Source: a plasmid. From it: DNA of 64,000 nucleotides. The notes beneath the pieces are model-generated. The model made no database searches. It was not told the origin of the DNA and saw only the letters and a list, made by a program, of their open reading frames with translations. This document shows positions 50,525 through 59,792 of this stretch, one piece after another. The stretch's first letter is position 1. Each line of letters starts with the position of its first letter. The position numbers and the translations under genes were made by a program. The DNA is taken from the sequence record NZ_CP143948.1; one strand, given 5' to 3'.

Positions 50525-50820
50525 CATGGGGCTGGGCGTAAGTCACAGAGTCCGGGCGGGCACGCCACACTCTCGCTTCCGCTACGCTTCGCAGCTAAGA
50601 TTCTGTACGAATTATGCCTTTGGGTTTTTCTATGCTTGACGAAACCGGCTTTTATGCGCCGTCCATGGCGCATAACGCCTTGCCCAGCCGTCCATGGCTG
50701 GGCATTTCTGGGTTTCATGGGCATAATTCTACAGCTTCTAAGCTGCTCCGCTATTCGCGTCCGCGAGGGTGCGACGTGCCCACCCGGACTCTGCGACTTA
50801 CGCCCCTTACGTTGTGGATG
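50525..50820. repeat. MITE-like intergenic repeat bounded by 31-bp imperfect terminal inverted repeats
   Basis: GGGCGTAAGTCACAGAGTCCGGGCGGGCACG at 50534-50564 versus CGTGCCCACCCGGACTCTGCGACTTACGCCC at 50775-50805 (29/31 complementary). Internal GTCCATGG-loop hairpins. Confidence 0.55.
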
Positions 50821-51019
50821 GGTTTAATTTTTATTGTATCTGCGTCCTATTATAAACGGCACCGGAAACTATTATATCGAAGCTATTGTATAATAACAGT
50901 ACTATTTTTCAATAATTAAAGCTCCCAACTGACAACACTATTTGTGCTGTCACTTGGGAGCTCTTAATTTAATTTTTTATTATAGTTTTACTTTTTATGT
51001 CAATATCCTGTTTATTTGT

Positions 51020-52531
51020 TTACTGCCGGTTCATATCCTGTGTTTCCTGATACTTTCTGATTACGAAAAACATGGTAGTTCCATCACCCTCTTTGCTGGT
51101 AGCCCATATCTTGCCGCCGTGATCCTCTATAATCTTCTTTACGATGGAAAGTCCTATGCCGCTGCCTCCGGTAGCCGAATTTCTCGACGCATCCGCTCTG
51201 TAAAATCTGTCAAAAATATATGGCATATCTCTCTGGTTGATTCCTCGTCCATTGTCCTCGATTTCAACCTGTATGAAGTCACCAACATCATTTATCCTGA
51301 TATCTATATAGCTTTGTGTCTTGTTCATATACTTCACCGAATTGCCGACTATATTATTAATCACACGGCGAATCTGCTCCGGATCAGCAATGATAAGCAC
51401 GTTGCTATCCACATGATTCTCATATGAAAGCCTGATATTTTTTGCCTCAAGATCGAGTCCTATTTCCTCAACACAGTCGTTAAAATAATCTGTGACATTT
51501 ATCTTCGCAAAATTATATGGAATCCTGTTCGTATCAATCTTCGAGTAAAGTGTCAGCTCATTAATGAGCTTATCCATATCGTTTGCCTTATTGTAAATGG
51601 TTCTGACGTATTTATCTACCTTTTCAGGGGTGTTTGCCACTCCGTCAAGTATGCCCTCGGCGTAGCCCTTTACCGCAGTAATAGGAGTCTTTAAATCATG
51701 CGCGATATTGCTGATTAACACTCTGTTTTCAGACTCATTCGTCACCTTTTCCTCGGCATTTTTCTTGAGGCGCGCACGCATCTGCTCAAACGCAGTACAC
51801 AGCTCGCCAATCTCTCCGTCGCTCGGGCTCGTCTCAAGCTCAAAATCCAGATTGCCATCCTTGATATTTTCAGCGGCAATACGCAGCCTCTCTATCGGTG
51901 TGATGATACTCCTGTATATCCACACTATAAGCATGGCAGCCGTAGTAAGAAGTATCAATACAAGCGCAAATGCTCCCTCTATCAAAACAGTCCTGACCTC
52001 AGGGATCACGCACGCGGTTGATGTCACTATGTAAAGACTCGCCTCGTCACCATCACTGTCACGAAAATTAAGCTGCTTTATGAGCACCTTGTCATCACTG
52101 TCCATATAGCTGCTCACATCAGAGCTGCTCTGCTTATTGGATATTCGCGGAAGCTTTCTCAAAATATCATCATTGTCAATTCCACCATTGAAAATGAGCT
52201 CTCCTTCACTTTTCACTATGAGATATGAATACTTCTTCTCCAGCTTCTTATTTATCTTAGTCAGATAATCACTATCAAGAAGCCTGGATGGTTCTATGAG
52301 CGATGTCTTCTCGAGCTCATCATATGTGCGCCCTGTCACCTTGTTCAGAAACTGTACTGTGTCAGTGAGCGCGAGCATGCCCGCATCCTCCATGCCATAT
52401 GTCTTGTTTATGGCCTTTAGCTGAATCTTATTGAAACCCACAAGCACTATACTGGTGAGCACAACAGGCACAAAAATAATTATGCAGAATGATATAGCAA
52501 GTTTTGTTTTTATCTTCATAGTATTCTCCAT
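51020..52531 (-). CDS. sensor histidine kinase (two TM, extracellular sensor domain, HAMP, HisKA, HATPase)
   Basis: 503 aa. H-box LISNIAHDLKTP. ATP-binding GGSGIGLSIVKKI. Confidence 0.8.
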   Translation of the reverse strand: MENTMKIKTKLAISFCIIIFVPVVLTSIVLVGFNKIQLKAINKTYGMEDAGMLALTDTVQFLNKVTGRTYDELEKTSLIEPSRLLDSDYLTKINKKLEKKYSYLIVKSEGELIFNGGIDNDDILRKLPRISNKQSSSDVSSYMDSDDKVLIKQLNFRDSDGDEASLYIVTSTACVIPEVRTVLIEGAFALVLILLTTAAMLIVWIYRSIITPIERLRIAAENIKDGNLDFELETSPSDGEIGELCTAFEQMRARLKKNAEEKVTNESENRVLISNIAHDLKTPITAVKGYAEGILDGVANTPEKVDKYVRTIYNKANDMDKLINELTLYSKIDTNRIPYNFAKINVTDYFNDCVEEIGLDLEAKNIRLSYENHVDSNVLIIADPEQIRRVINNIVGNSVKYMNKTQSYIDIRINDVGDFIQVEIEDNGRGINQRDMPYIFDRFYRADASRNSATGGSGIGLSIVKKIIEDHGGKIWATSKEGDGTTMFFVIRKYQETQDMNRQ

Positions 52532-52642
52532 TTGAATAAATTAATAAGCCACTTTATATATACAACAAGGACATATCCTTTCGCATTTGAATTTGATATG
52601 TCCTATTAATACTACAATATCTACTATATTTTTTTAAAATCA

Positions 52643-53332
52643 CTACAGCTTAAATCTGTATCCCACGCCCCAAATAGTCTCAATATACTGTGGCTTTGCA
52701 GTGTTCATCTCGATTTTTTCACGAATCTTCTTGATATGAACAGTGACTGTCGCGATATCTCCTACTGAATCCATATTCCAGATTTCCTTGAAGAGCTCCT
52801 CCTTGGTAAATACATGGTTTGGATTCTCCGCAAGGAATGTGAGCAGATCAAATTCCTTTGTGGTAAACTGCTTTTCCTCTCCGTTTACCCACACACGGCG
52901 GGCTGTTTTGTCAATCTTGATGCCACGAATTTCAACGATGTCATTTTCAGGTGTGGCGCTTCCGATCAGGCGCTCATATCTGGCCAGATGAGCCTTTACC
53001 CTGGCAACAAGCTCTGATGGTGAAAACGGCTTTGTGACATAATCATCTGCGCCGAGTCCGAGTCCTCTTATCTTGTCGATATCATCCTTCTTTGCTGAAA
53101 CCATGAGTATCGGTGTGTTCTTTTTCTCACGAATCCGCTTACAAATCTCAAAGCCATCAATGCCCGGCAGCATAAGGTCAAGAATAAACAGATCAAAATC
53201 CTCCGCCAAAGCCCTTGCGAGACCGCTTGTGCCATCATTCTCCACCTCTACCTCAAAGCCGCTCAGCTCCAGGTAATCCTTCTCAAGATCAGCAATTGCA
53301 ACCTCGTCCTCTACTATCAAAATTCTGCTCAT
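52643..53332 (-). CDS. OmpR-family response regulator
   Basis: MSRILIVEDE...ILDLMLPGIDG receiver domain. Winged-helix YIETIWGVGYRF. Confidence 0.85.
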   Translation of the reverse strand: MSRILIVEDEVAIADLEKDYLELSGFEVEVENDGTSGLARALAEDFDLFILDLMLPGIDGFEICKRIREKKNTPILMVSAKKDDIDKIRGLGLGADDYVTKPFSPSELVARVKAHLARYERLIGSATPENDIVEIRGIKIDKTARRVWVNGEEKQFTTKEFDLLTFLAENPNHVFTKEELFKEIWNMDSVGDIATVTVHIKKIREKIEMNTAKPQYIETIWGVGYRFKL

Positions 53333-53420
53333 ATCCGTTCCTCCTGAAAATAAAAAGCCATGGAAACCGACTCAATGTCAGCCCCATGACTTAATTATAT
53401 CATATATCCGATAACTTCTG

Positions 53421-53460
53421 TCTAAATTTTCTCTAAATTCTTTCTAACTTTTTCTAAGAA
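53421..53460 (-). promoter_or_regulatory. four tandem ~10-bp direct repeats (TTAGAAARAR on the minus strand) upstream of the RR/HK operon
   Basis: tctaaattttctctaaattctttctaactttttctaagaa. The ~10-bp periodicity is typical of OmpR/PhoB-type boxes. Confidence 0.4.
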
Positions 53461-53518
53461 ATATAATGTATACTATCCGGCGCTCACAACCTAAAAAGCG
53501 CGAAGCCCCACATATTGT

Positions 53519-54700
53519 TTAGAGATACTTCTTGAGGTCCTCAACCTTATCAAGTGCCTCCCAAGGCAGCTTGATATCTGTACGTCCGAAGTGTCCGTAT
53601 GCTGCTGTCTGGCGGTAGATAGGTCTTCTGAGGTCAAGCATCTTGATGATTCCGGCCGGACGAAGGTCGAAATTCTCCCTTACGATTTCAACGATTCTGT
53701 CATCTGCAAGCTTTCCTGTGCCGAATGTATCAACCATGATAGATGTTGGCTGTGCAACACCGATAGCATATGAAAGCTGAATCTCACACCTGTCAGCAAA
53801 TCCTGCTGCTACAAGGTTCTTTGCTACGTAACGTGCTGCATATGCTGCTGAACGGTCTACCTTTGTACAGTCCTTTCCTGAGAAAGCTCCGCCGCCGTGA
53901 CGTGCATATCCACCGTAGGTGTCTACGATAATCTTACGACCGGTGAGACCTGCATCTCCGTGTGGTCCACCTATTACGAAACGTCCTGTAGGATTGATAA
54001 AGAACTTTGTCTCATCGTCAATCATATCCTTTGGAAGAATTGGATCAAATACATATTTCTTGATGTCCTCATGGATCTGCTCCTGGGTAACATCCTCGTC
54101 GTGCTGTGTTGAAAGTACAACTGCCTCAAGTCTTACCGGCTTTCCTGCCTCATCATACTCTACTGAAACCTGTGTCTTTCCGTCCGGACGAAGGTATGTA
54201 AGTGTGCCGTCTTTTCTAACCTTTGTGAGCTGGAATGCAAGCTTGTGAGCGAGTGCGATTGGGTATGGCATGTACTCCTCAGTCTCATTTGTAGCATATC
54301 CAAACATCATTCCCTGATCTCCGGCTCCGGTGTCGAGGTTGTCTGTAAGGTCGCCCTCTTTTGCCTCGAGTGCCTTGTCAACTCCCATGGCGATATCAGC
54401 AGACTGCTTGTCGATTGAAACCATTACTGCACATGAGTTTCCGTCGAGTCCCTTCTTTCCGTCATCATATCCGATCTCAAGTGCTGTTTTTCTGACGATT
54501 GCAGGAATATCAAGCTGTGCCTTTGTGGTAATCTCTCCTGTTACAAGGATGAAGCCTGTACAGCTTGCTGTCTCACATGCGACACGGCTCATCGGGTCCT
54601 GCTGTATGCATGCATCAAGGATGGCATCTGATACTGCATCGCAGAGCTTATCCGGATGTCCCTCAGTTACTGATTCTGATGTAAATAATAATTTCTCCAT
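53519..54700 (-). CDS. metK: S-adenosylmethionine synthetase
   Basis: [36 protein letters not shown]. 393 aa. Confidence 0.9.
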   Translation of the reverse strand: MEKLLFTSESVTEGHPDKLCDAVSDAILDACIQQDPMSRVACETASCTGFILVTGEITTKAQLDIPAIVRKTALEIGYDDGKKGLDGNSCAVMVSIDKQSADIAMGVDKALEAKEGDLTDNLDTGAGDQGMMFGYATNETEEYMPYPIALAHKLAFQLTKVRKDGTLTYLRPDGKTQVSVEYDEAGKPVRLEAVVLSTQHDEDVTQEQIHEDIKKYVFDPILPKDMIDDETKFFINPTGRFVIGGPHGDAGLTGRKIIVDTYGGYARHGGGAFSGKDCTKVDRSAAYAARYVAKNLVAAGFADRCEIQLSYAIGVAQPTSIMVDTFGTGKLADDRIVEIVRENFDLRPAGIIKMLDLRRPIYRQTAAYGHFGRTDIKLPWEALDKVEDLKKYL

Positions 54701-54734
54701 TAATTATCTGTTGCTCCTTTCATACTGTGTGACC

Positions 54735-54775
54735 AATATTTTTCCAATAAAAAACCACTTACTGCAAATAAGTGG
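54735..54775 (-). terminator. riboswitch expression-platform terminator in the metK leader
   Basis: Minus-strand CCACTTATTTGCAGTAAGTGG followed by TTTTTTATT. Confidence 0.55.
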
Positions 54776-54796
54776 ATTAAAATTAAGATAATAAAA

Positions 54797-54908
54797 ATCC
54801 TCTTATTGTTCGATTACTCGCTCAGGTTGGCACCTTCCTGTTTTCTAACGGGGTTGCCGTGACTTCATAGATCCTTTGTATCTCCATCACTCTGAATAAG
54901 AGAAGTTA
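54797..54908 (-). ncRNA. SAM-I (S-box) riboswitch
   Basis: Minus-strand sequence CTCTTATTCAGAGTGATGGAGATAC...GGATCTATGAAGTCACGGCAACC...GGTGCCAACCTGAGC...CAATAAGAG matches the S-box consensus (CTCTTATCAAGAG...GGCAACC...GTGCCAA...AGAG) directly upstream of metK. Confidence 0.7.
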
Positions 54909-55149
54909 CAATATAGAATTTTTCAAATCTCTGTCAGCTATATTACTACCACATGATATATATGTCAAGTATCATTTTCGATACAGATTTATCAATAATC
55001 CATTTTCGATACCCTATTCATTATTTATAAGCTATTTTATGCAATTATTCTTTCTTCCTTTATTGACTTTCATAATTTTTGTAATTATACTTAAATTTGT
55101 ATTTATAGTACTAAACACACAATATCAAAATAAATTTTTGGAGTAACTC

Positions 55150-56280
55150 ATGATTAAAATCAGCATAAAAGATGCGCAGATTGGTATGGTGGCAGCAGAA
55201 CCGATAAAGACCCCTCTGGGGCAGATACTTGCACTGCCCGGCACACCACTCACCCGTCAGCTCATCAACAAAATGAAGCTATATAAGGTAGGCAGCATCT
55301 CAATTCAAAACCCATCCTATGCAGCAGCACCGCAAGCCGGCGAAAATACAGCAAAGCGAGACAAGGTAAAACCTGTACCCAAAACCCGCGCACATGAGAT
55401 GGTGACCAACATCCAGCGTGTTCAGGCCTCAGAAGAGTTCCTAGGCTTCCAGCTCAAATACCTCACATGCATAAATCAAATCAAGGATACCTTTGGCAAA
55501 ATCTGTGCCGGTGAAAAATCCTTTGATGAGGCTGCGCTCCTTACTGCTGTCATTGACCTTTCCTCATCGTGCGGCACTACAATCGAGACCTTTGACATGC
55601 TCTACAACATGCGCACCATTGCAGACCCGTTGTACTCACACTGTCTGAATGTAGGGCTTATTACAAGGATGATCGGACGATGGCTTCATATGGAAAAGAC
55701 AGATGTGAATACGCTTACTATCGCAGGAGTACTTCACGATATCGGTAAATGCAAGATTCCCGATGATGTGCTAAACAAGCCTGACAAGCTCACAGATGAA
55801 GAATTTGCGCTCATAAAAAAACACCCACAGTTTGGTTTTGATTTGATTAGGGATCTGCAGATTGACTCCAGAATAAAGCGCACAGCCCTCATGCATCATG
55901 AGCGATGTGATGGCTCAGGCTATCCTTCACAGCTTGACAGCTCACTGATTGACGACTTTGCCATGATAACAGCCATCGCCGATGTATATGATGCCATGAC
56001 TGCTGCCAGACGCTATCGCGCGCCACTTTGTCCGTTCGCTGTCATATCAAGCTTTGAGCGTGAAGGTTTTACAAAGTACAATACAAAGTTCCTGCTTTTG
56101 TTTTTGAAAAAGCTTGCTACCACATACCAGAGCAACCGTGTAATGCTCAACGACAGCCGGTTCTGTAATATTGTGATGCTCAACCCACATGAACTGTCAC
56201 GCCCTATTGTACGTTTTGATGACGGCAGTATACTTGATTTGTCCACAAACCGCGAGTTTTTCATCAAATCTGTGATGTAA
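55150..56280 (+). CDS. HD-GYP domain phosphohydrolase (putative c-di-GMP phosphodiesterase) with an N-terminal domain of unknown function
   Basis: HD motif GVLHDIGK and HHERCDGSGYP (HD-GYP signature). Confidence 0.7.
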   Translation: MIKISIKDAQIGMVAAEPIKTPLGQILALPGTPLTRQLINKMKLYKVGSISIQNPSYAAAPQAGENTAKRDKVKPVPKTRAHEMVTNIQRVQASEEFLGFQLKYLTCINQIKDTFGKICAGEKSFDEAALLTAVIDLSSSCGTTIETFDMLYNMRTIADPLYSHCLNVGLITRMIGRWLHMEKTDVNTLTIAGVLHDIGKCKIPDDVLNKPDKLTDEEFALIKKHPQFGFDLIRDLQIDSRIKRTALMHHERCDGSGYPSQLDSSLIDDFAMITAIADVYDAMTAARRYRAPLCPFAVISSFEREGFTKYNTKFLLLFLKKLATTYQSNRVMLNDSRFCNIVMLNPHELSRPIVRFDDGSILDLSTNREFFIKSVM

Positions 56281-56438
56281 GCCGATTTATAATCAAAAGG
56301 GTTACGGAATAGTTGCTCAAAAAAATTATAAAATAACCAAAAATAAGAACCGTGCATCTACAATAAGATGCTGCCGGTTCTTATTTTATATATTGCATTT
56401 ATATTGTGTTTACATTTCATGCTTTACGTATATATCTA

Positions 56439-57731
56439 TTACGATACCTTGAGTATGAACTTCTGAAGCTCCTTCTCATCCTCTACCCTGGCAATCTTTG
56501 CGCCAATCTTTGTAAGCTTCTCCTCGAGTGCCTCATAGCCTCTCTGGATATAGTAGATATCATCAACCACTGTGATGCCCTCTGCTGCAAGACCTGCTAT
56601 AACCAGTGCAGCTCCTGCTCTTAGGTCAGGTGCATTCACTCTGGCACCTGTGTATCTTTTCACACCGCTGATGATTGCTATATTGCTCTCTACCTTTATA
56701 TCAGCTCCCATTCTGGTGAGCTCGTCAACATACTTGAAACGATTCTCAAATATGCTCTCTGTCACTGTACTGGTGCCCTCAGCGATACCCAAAAGCACCG
56801 CCATCTGTGGCTGCATATCTGTTGGGAAGCCCGGATATGGAAGTGTGGTGACCTGTGTATGCTTTAAATGTCCGTCTGATATTACTCTGACTGAGTCATC
56901 AAACTCCTCTACCTGGCAGCCTACCTCCAACAGCTTTGCTGTGGTGGCCTCAAGATGCTTTGGAATGACATTCTTTACCAGCACGTTGCCTCCTGCTGCC
57001 GCAACTGCAAACATGAATGTACCGGCCTCAATCTGATCCGGAATGACAGAATACTCTGTAGCATGTAATTTCTCCACACCTACAATTCTGATGACATCGG
57101 TTCCTGCGCCCCTGATATTTGCTCCCATGCTGTTTAAGAAGTTTGCCACGTCAACGACATGAGGCTCCTTAGCCGCATTCTCGATAACAGTCTTGCCATC
57201 TGCCATGGCTGCAGCCATCATAATATTGATTGTGGCACCTACAGAAACCTTATCCATATATATGTGTGTGCCCTTAAGCTCCTTTGCCCTGGCGATGACA
57301 AGGCCATGAGCTATGTCTATGTCTGCTCCCATGGAGCGGAAGCCCTTCATATGAAGGTCAATCGGCCTGCTTCCGATATCACAGCCTCCCGGAAGCGCAA
57401 CCTCTGCATGCTTGTATTTTCCAAGTAATGCACCAATCAAATAATATGATGCCCTGATTCGTCTGATGAATTCATTATCGACATTTACGCCTCTGATAAA
57501 TGAACCGTTTATCTTTACCTTGTGTATATCCACGCGCTCCACATGTGCGCCGATTTCTTCGATTGCCTGAAGTAAGACATTGATATCCCTTACATTTGGC
57601 AAATTATCTATTGTTACAGTCTCGTCTGTCATTATGGCAGCGGCCAAAATAGCAAGTGCAGCATTTTTGGCTCCACCAATTTCAACTTCACCGTATAAAG
57701 GATTTCCACCTTTGATTACGTACTGTTCCAT
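56439..57731 (-). CDS. murA: UDP-N-acetylglucosamine 1-carboxyvinyltransferase
   Basis: MEQYVIKGGNPLYGEVEIGGAKNAALAILAAAIM, catalytic Cys context GGCDIGSRPIDLH. 430 aa. Confidence 0.9.
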   Translation of the reverse strand: MEQYVIKGGNPLYGEVEIGGAKNAALAILAAAIMTDETVTIDNLPNVRDINVLLQAIEEIGAHVERVDIHKVKINGSFIRGVNVDNEFIRRIRASYYLIGALLGKYKHAEVALPGGCDIGSRPIDLHMKGFRSMGADIDIAHGLVIARAKELKGTHIYMDKVSVGATINIMMAAAMADGKTVIENAAKEPHVVDVANFLNSMGANIRGAGTDVIRIVGVEKLHATEYSVIPDQIEAGTFMFAVAAAGGNVLVKNVIPKHLEATTAKLLEVGCQVEEFDDSVRVISDGHLKHTQVTTLPYPGFPTDMQPQMAVLLGIAEGTSTVTESIFENRFKYVDELTRMGADIKVESNIAIISGVKRYTGARVNAPDLRAGAALVIAGLAAEGITVVDDIYYIQRGYEALEEKLTKIGAKIARVEDEKELQKFILKVS

Positions 57732-57918
57732 ATTCCACCTCTATGAATTCAGGAGTATACTTCCTCCTAATATACTATTCTCAATTTACACTATTGTTAT
57801 ACATCCAACTACAAATTTCATTTATGACGACGTATTTAAGCCGCCATTTGTGCCGGTGCTGCTTTTAATAAATGACGCAGCAGCTACTATTATCTAATCA
57901 TATCACGATAAATAAGCA

Positions 57919-58425
57919 CTATAATTCAAGTGCCTCCACCAGCTTCTCTACTGTCTGCTCCACATCAAGCCCCTCCTCGGAAACCTCGATGTCTGCATAC
58001 TGCTCATACAATTTTGAGCGCTCTTCAAAAAGGGTCTCTAAAGTCTGCCCTTTCTTTAATACTACACCTCTACCCTTTATGTCTGCAAGTCGTTTTTCCA
58101 AAATAGCATAAGAAACCTTGAGATACACAACTCTGCCTATCTCCTTAAGATGCTCCATGGCTTCTTTTCCGTATACCACCGAACCGCCTGTAGCTATAAT
58201 GGCCCTATCAGCCCTGATAGAGGCATTGACACGGTTCTCTACCTCTATAAAACCGTCCGTGCCCTTTTCCTCAATTATCTCACGCAGAAGCTTTCCCTCC
58301 TGCTCCTGTATCAGTAAATCCGCATCCAGGAAGCTGTATCCCAGCACCTTTGCAAGTATTACGCCTATGGTACTCTTTCCAACTCCCGGCATGCCTATAA
58401 GTACGATATTAGTTTTCTGTTCCAT
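57919..58425 (-). CDS. aroK: shikimate kinase
   Basis: IVLIGMPGVGKSTIG Walker A. 168 aa. Confidence 0.85.
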   Translation of the reverse strand: MEQKTNIVLIGMPGVGKSTIGVILAKVLGYSFLDADLLIQEQEGKLLREIIEEKGTDGFIEVENRVNASIRADRAIIATGGSVVYGKEAMEHLKEIGRVVYLKVSYAILEKRLADIKGRGVVLKKGQTLETLFEERSKLYEQYADIEVSEEGLDVEQTVEKLVEALEL

Positions 58426-59629
58426 CTACTGCCTCAGTATTCTCTGTATCTGTACTATTGGTGCTTTCTGACTGCTGTGTGCTCTCTGTAGCACTTGTGT
58501 CTGCTGCCTTTTTGTCCTTCTTGGTAGTAGTAAAATAATTGTGAATCTTGATCTTGTCAAGCTGCTTCTGCTTTACAGACCATTTTTCATCATCCTGCCA
58601 TCCTGAAAGGATGCCATTGTAATATTTGTCCTCTTTATTGCCCTTTACAGTCTTCCTGTTTGACTCTGTTGCTTTCTCATCGGTCTTTTTGTCGAGCCTT
58701 ACGATATAGTAAGTGCTGTCTGTAGTGATGAGGTCTGAGGTCTGTCCCTCCTCGAGGGAATTGAGTGCATCTACAACGCTCTGATCAAGATTGTTTGTAG
58801 TGTATACACTGTCCTTTGTCTTGCTGTCCGATGACTCTGAGCTCTCTTTAGACTCTGTGTCATCTGATTTCTTATCTGAATCATCTGTCTTTTCCGCATC
58901 CGGATCAACGTATGTGGCGTATGTGCCTGTTGTGGCTGTAGTGCCTGCTGCCTTGGCTGCATCCTCTAAGGATGATCCGCCTGCAAGCGCCTCTACCACT
59001 GCATCTGCCTGTGCCTTTATCTGTGCTGACTGCTCATCTGTATATGTCTGATACTGGTAATTAGAGTCATATGCACCCTTGTAATCAAGCTTCACAATGG
59101 TGTATGCAGCCATATTGGCTTCCTCATCCGTCACGCTTGAATCAGCATTTTTGATGATTGCAGCATACATCTTACTCTTTATGAGGCGAAGCTCTAAATA
59201 TTCCTCGACAATCTCCTCTGTAGCACTCATCTCGTCTATCACATCATCGGAATTTGCCTTCATAAACTTCTCTGCGGCCTTTTTGATTTCCTTTTTCTCA
59301 TCATCAGAAACCTCTACATCGTAATCTGACTGATGCGCCTTTAATGTGTAAAGCTCATGAGCCTCCTCGATAGCATTTTTCTTCCATGTTTCAAGCACAG
59401 TATTATTGCCTGATACTGTCTTGTCCCAGTAGCCCTCGCCCATGTACTGTATATACATGTCATCATAACCGGCCTCCTGGTACCTTATCATAAAATTAAC
59501 AAGCCCAAGCTTGATATCCTCTTTATCTAATGTCGCAACTGTTGCGGTTTTATTTATTGCACATCCTGTAAAAGCTGTAACTGAGATTGTTGCAGCTAAT
59601 AACATAGCTATTACTTTTTTCGCTTTCAT
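58409..59629 (-). CDS. SurA/PrsA-like lipoprotein (chaperone N-domain, no clear parvulin domain) with an acidic S/T-rich tail
   Basis: Lipobox FTGCAIN. SurA_N-like region. Low-complexity DKKSDDTESKESSESSDSK and C-terminal T/S/E-rich tail. Conserved position upstream of mfd. Confidence 0.5.
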   Translation of the reverse strand: MKAKKVIAMLLAATISVTAFTGCAINKTATVATLDKEDIKLGLVNFMIRYQEAGYDDMYIQYMGEGYWDKTVSGNNTVLETWKKNAIEEAHELYTLKAHQSDYDVEVSDDEKKEIKKAAEKFMKANSDDVIDEMSATEEIVEEYLELRLIKSKMYAAIIKNADSSVTDEEANMAAYTIVKLDYKGAYDSNYQYQTYTDEQSAQIKAQADAVVEALAGGSSLEDAAKAAGTTATTGTYATYVDPDAEKTDDSDKKSDDTESKESSESSDSKTKDSVYTTNNLDQSVVDALNSLEEGQTSDLITTDSTYYIVRLDKKTDEKATESNRKTVKGNKEDKYYNGILSGWQDDEKWSVKQKQLDKIKIHNYFTTTKKDKKAADTSATESTQQSESTNSTDTENTEAVDGTEN

Positions 59630-59792
59630 TGTATCTATCCTCTTTAAAATTGGTATAGTATCGCTCGTATATTATAGAGCTTTTCGGGCCTGCTGGCAAG
59701 CATTTTCTAAACTTTGTAAATTATCGTCAATTTCGCGTAAAGCATGTGGTGTTTCCTATGCTATATGCTACATGATTCCAAAATTCGGGTAA

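Noticed and set aside
50510-50827. ORFs 50510-50827 (+) and 50515-50724 (-) inside the MITE-like repeat
   Set aside because: G/C/R-rich translations across an inverted-repeat structure with no RBS. The repeat itself is the feature.
56013-56357. 114-aa minus-strand ORF overlapping the 3' end of the HD-GYP gene
   Set aside because: Antisense to a well-supported gene and spans a bidirectional terminator. Not credible.
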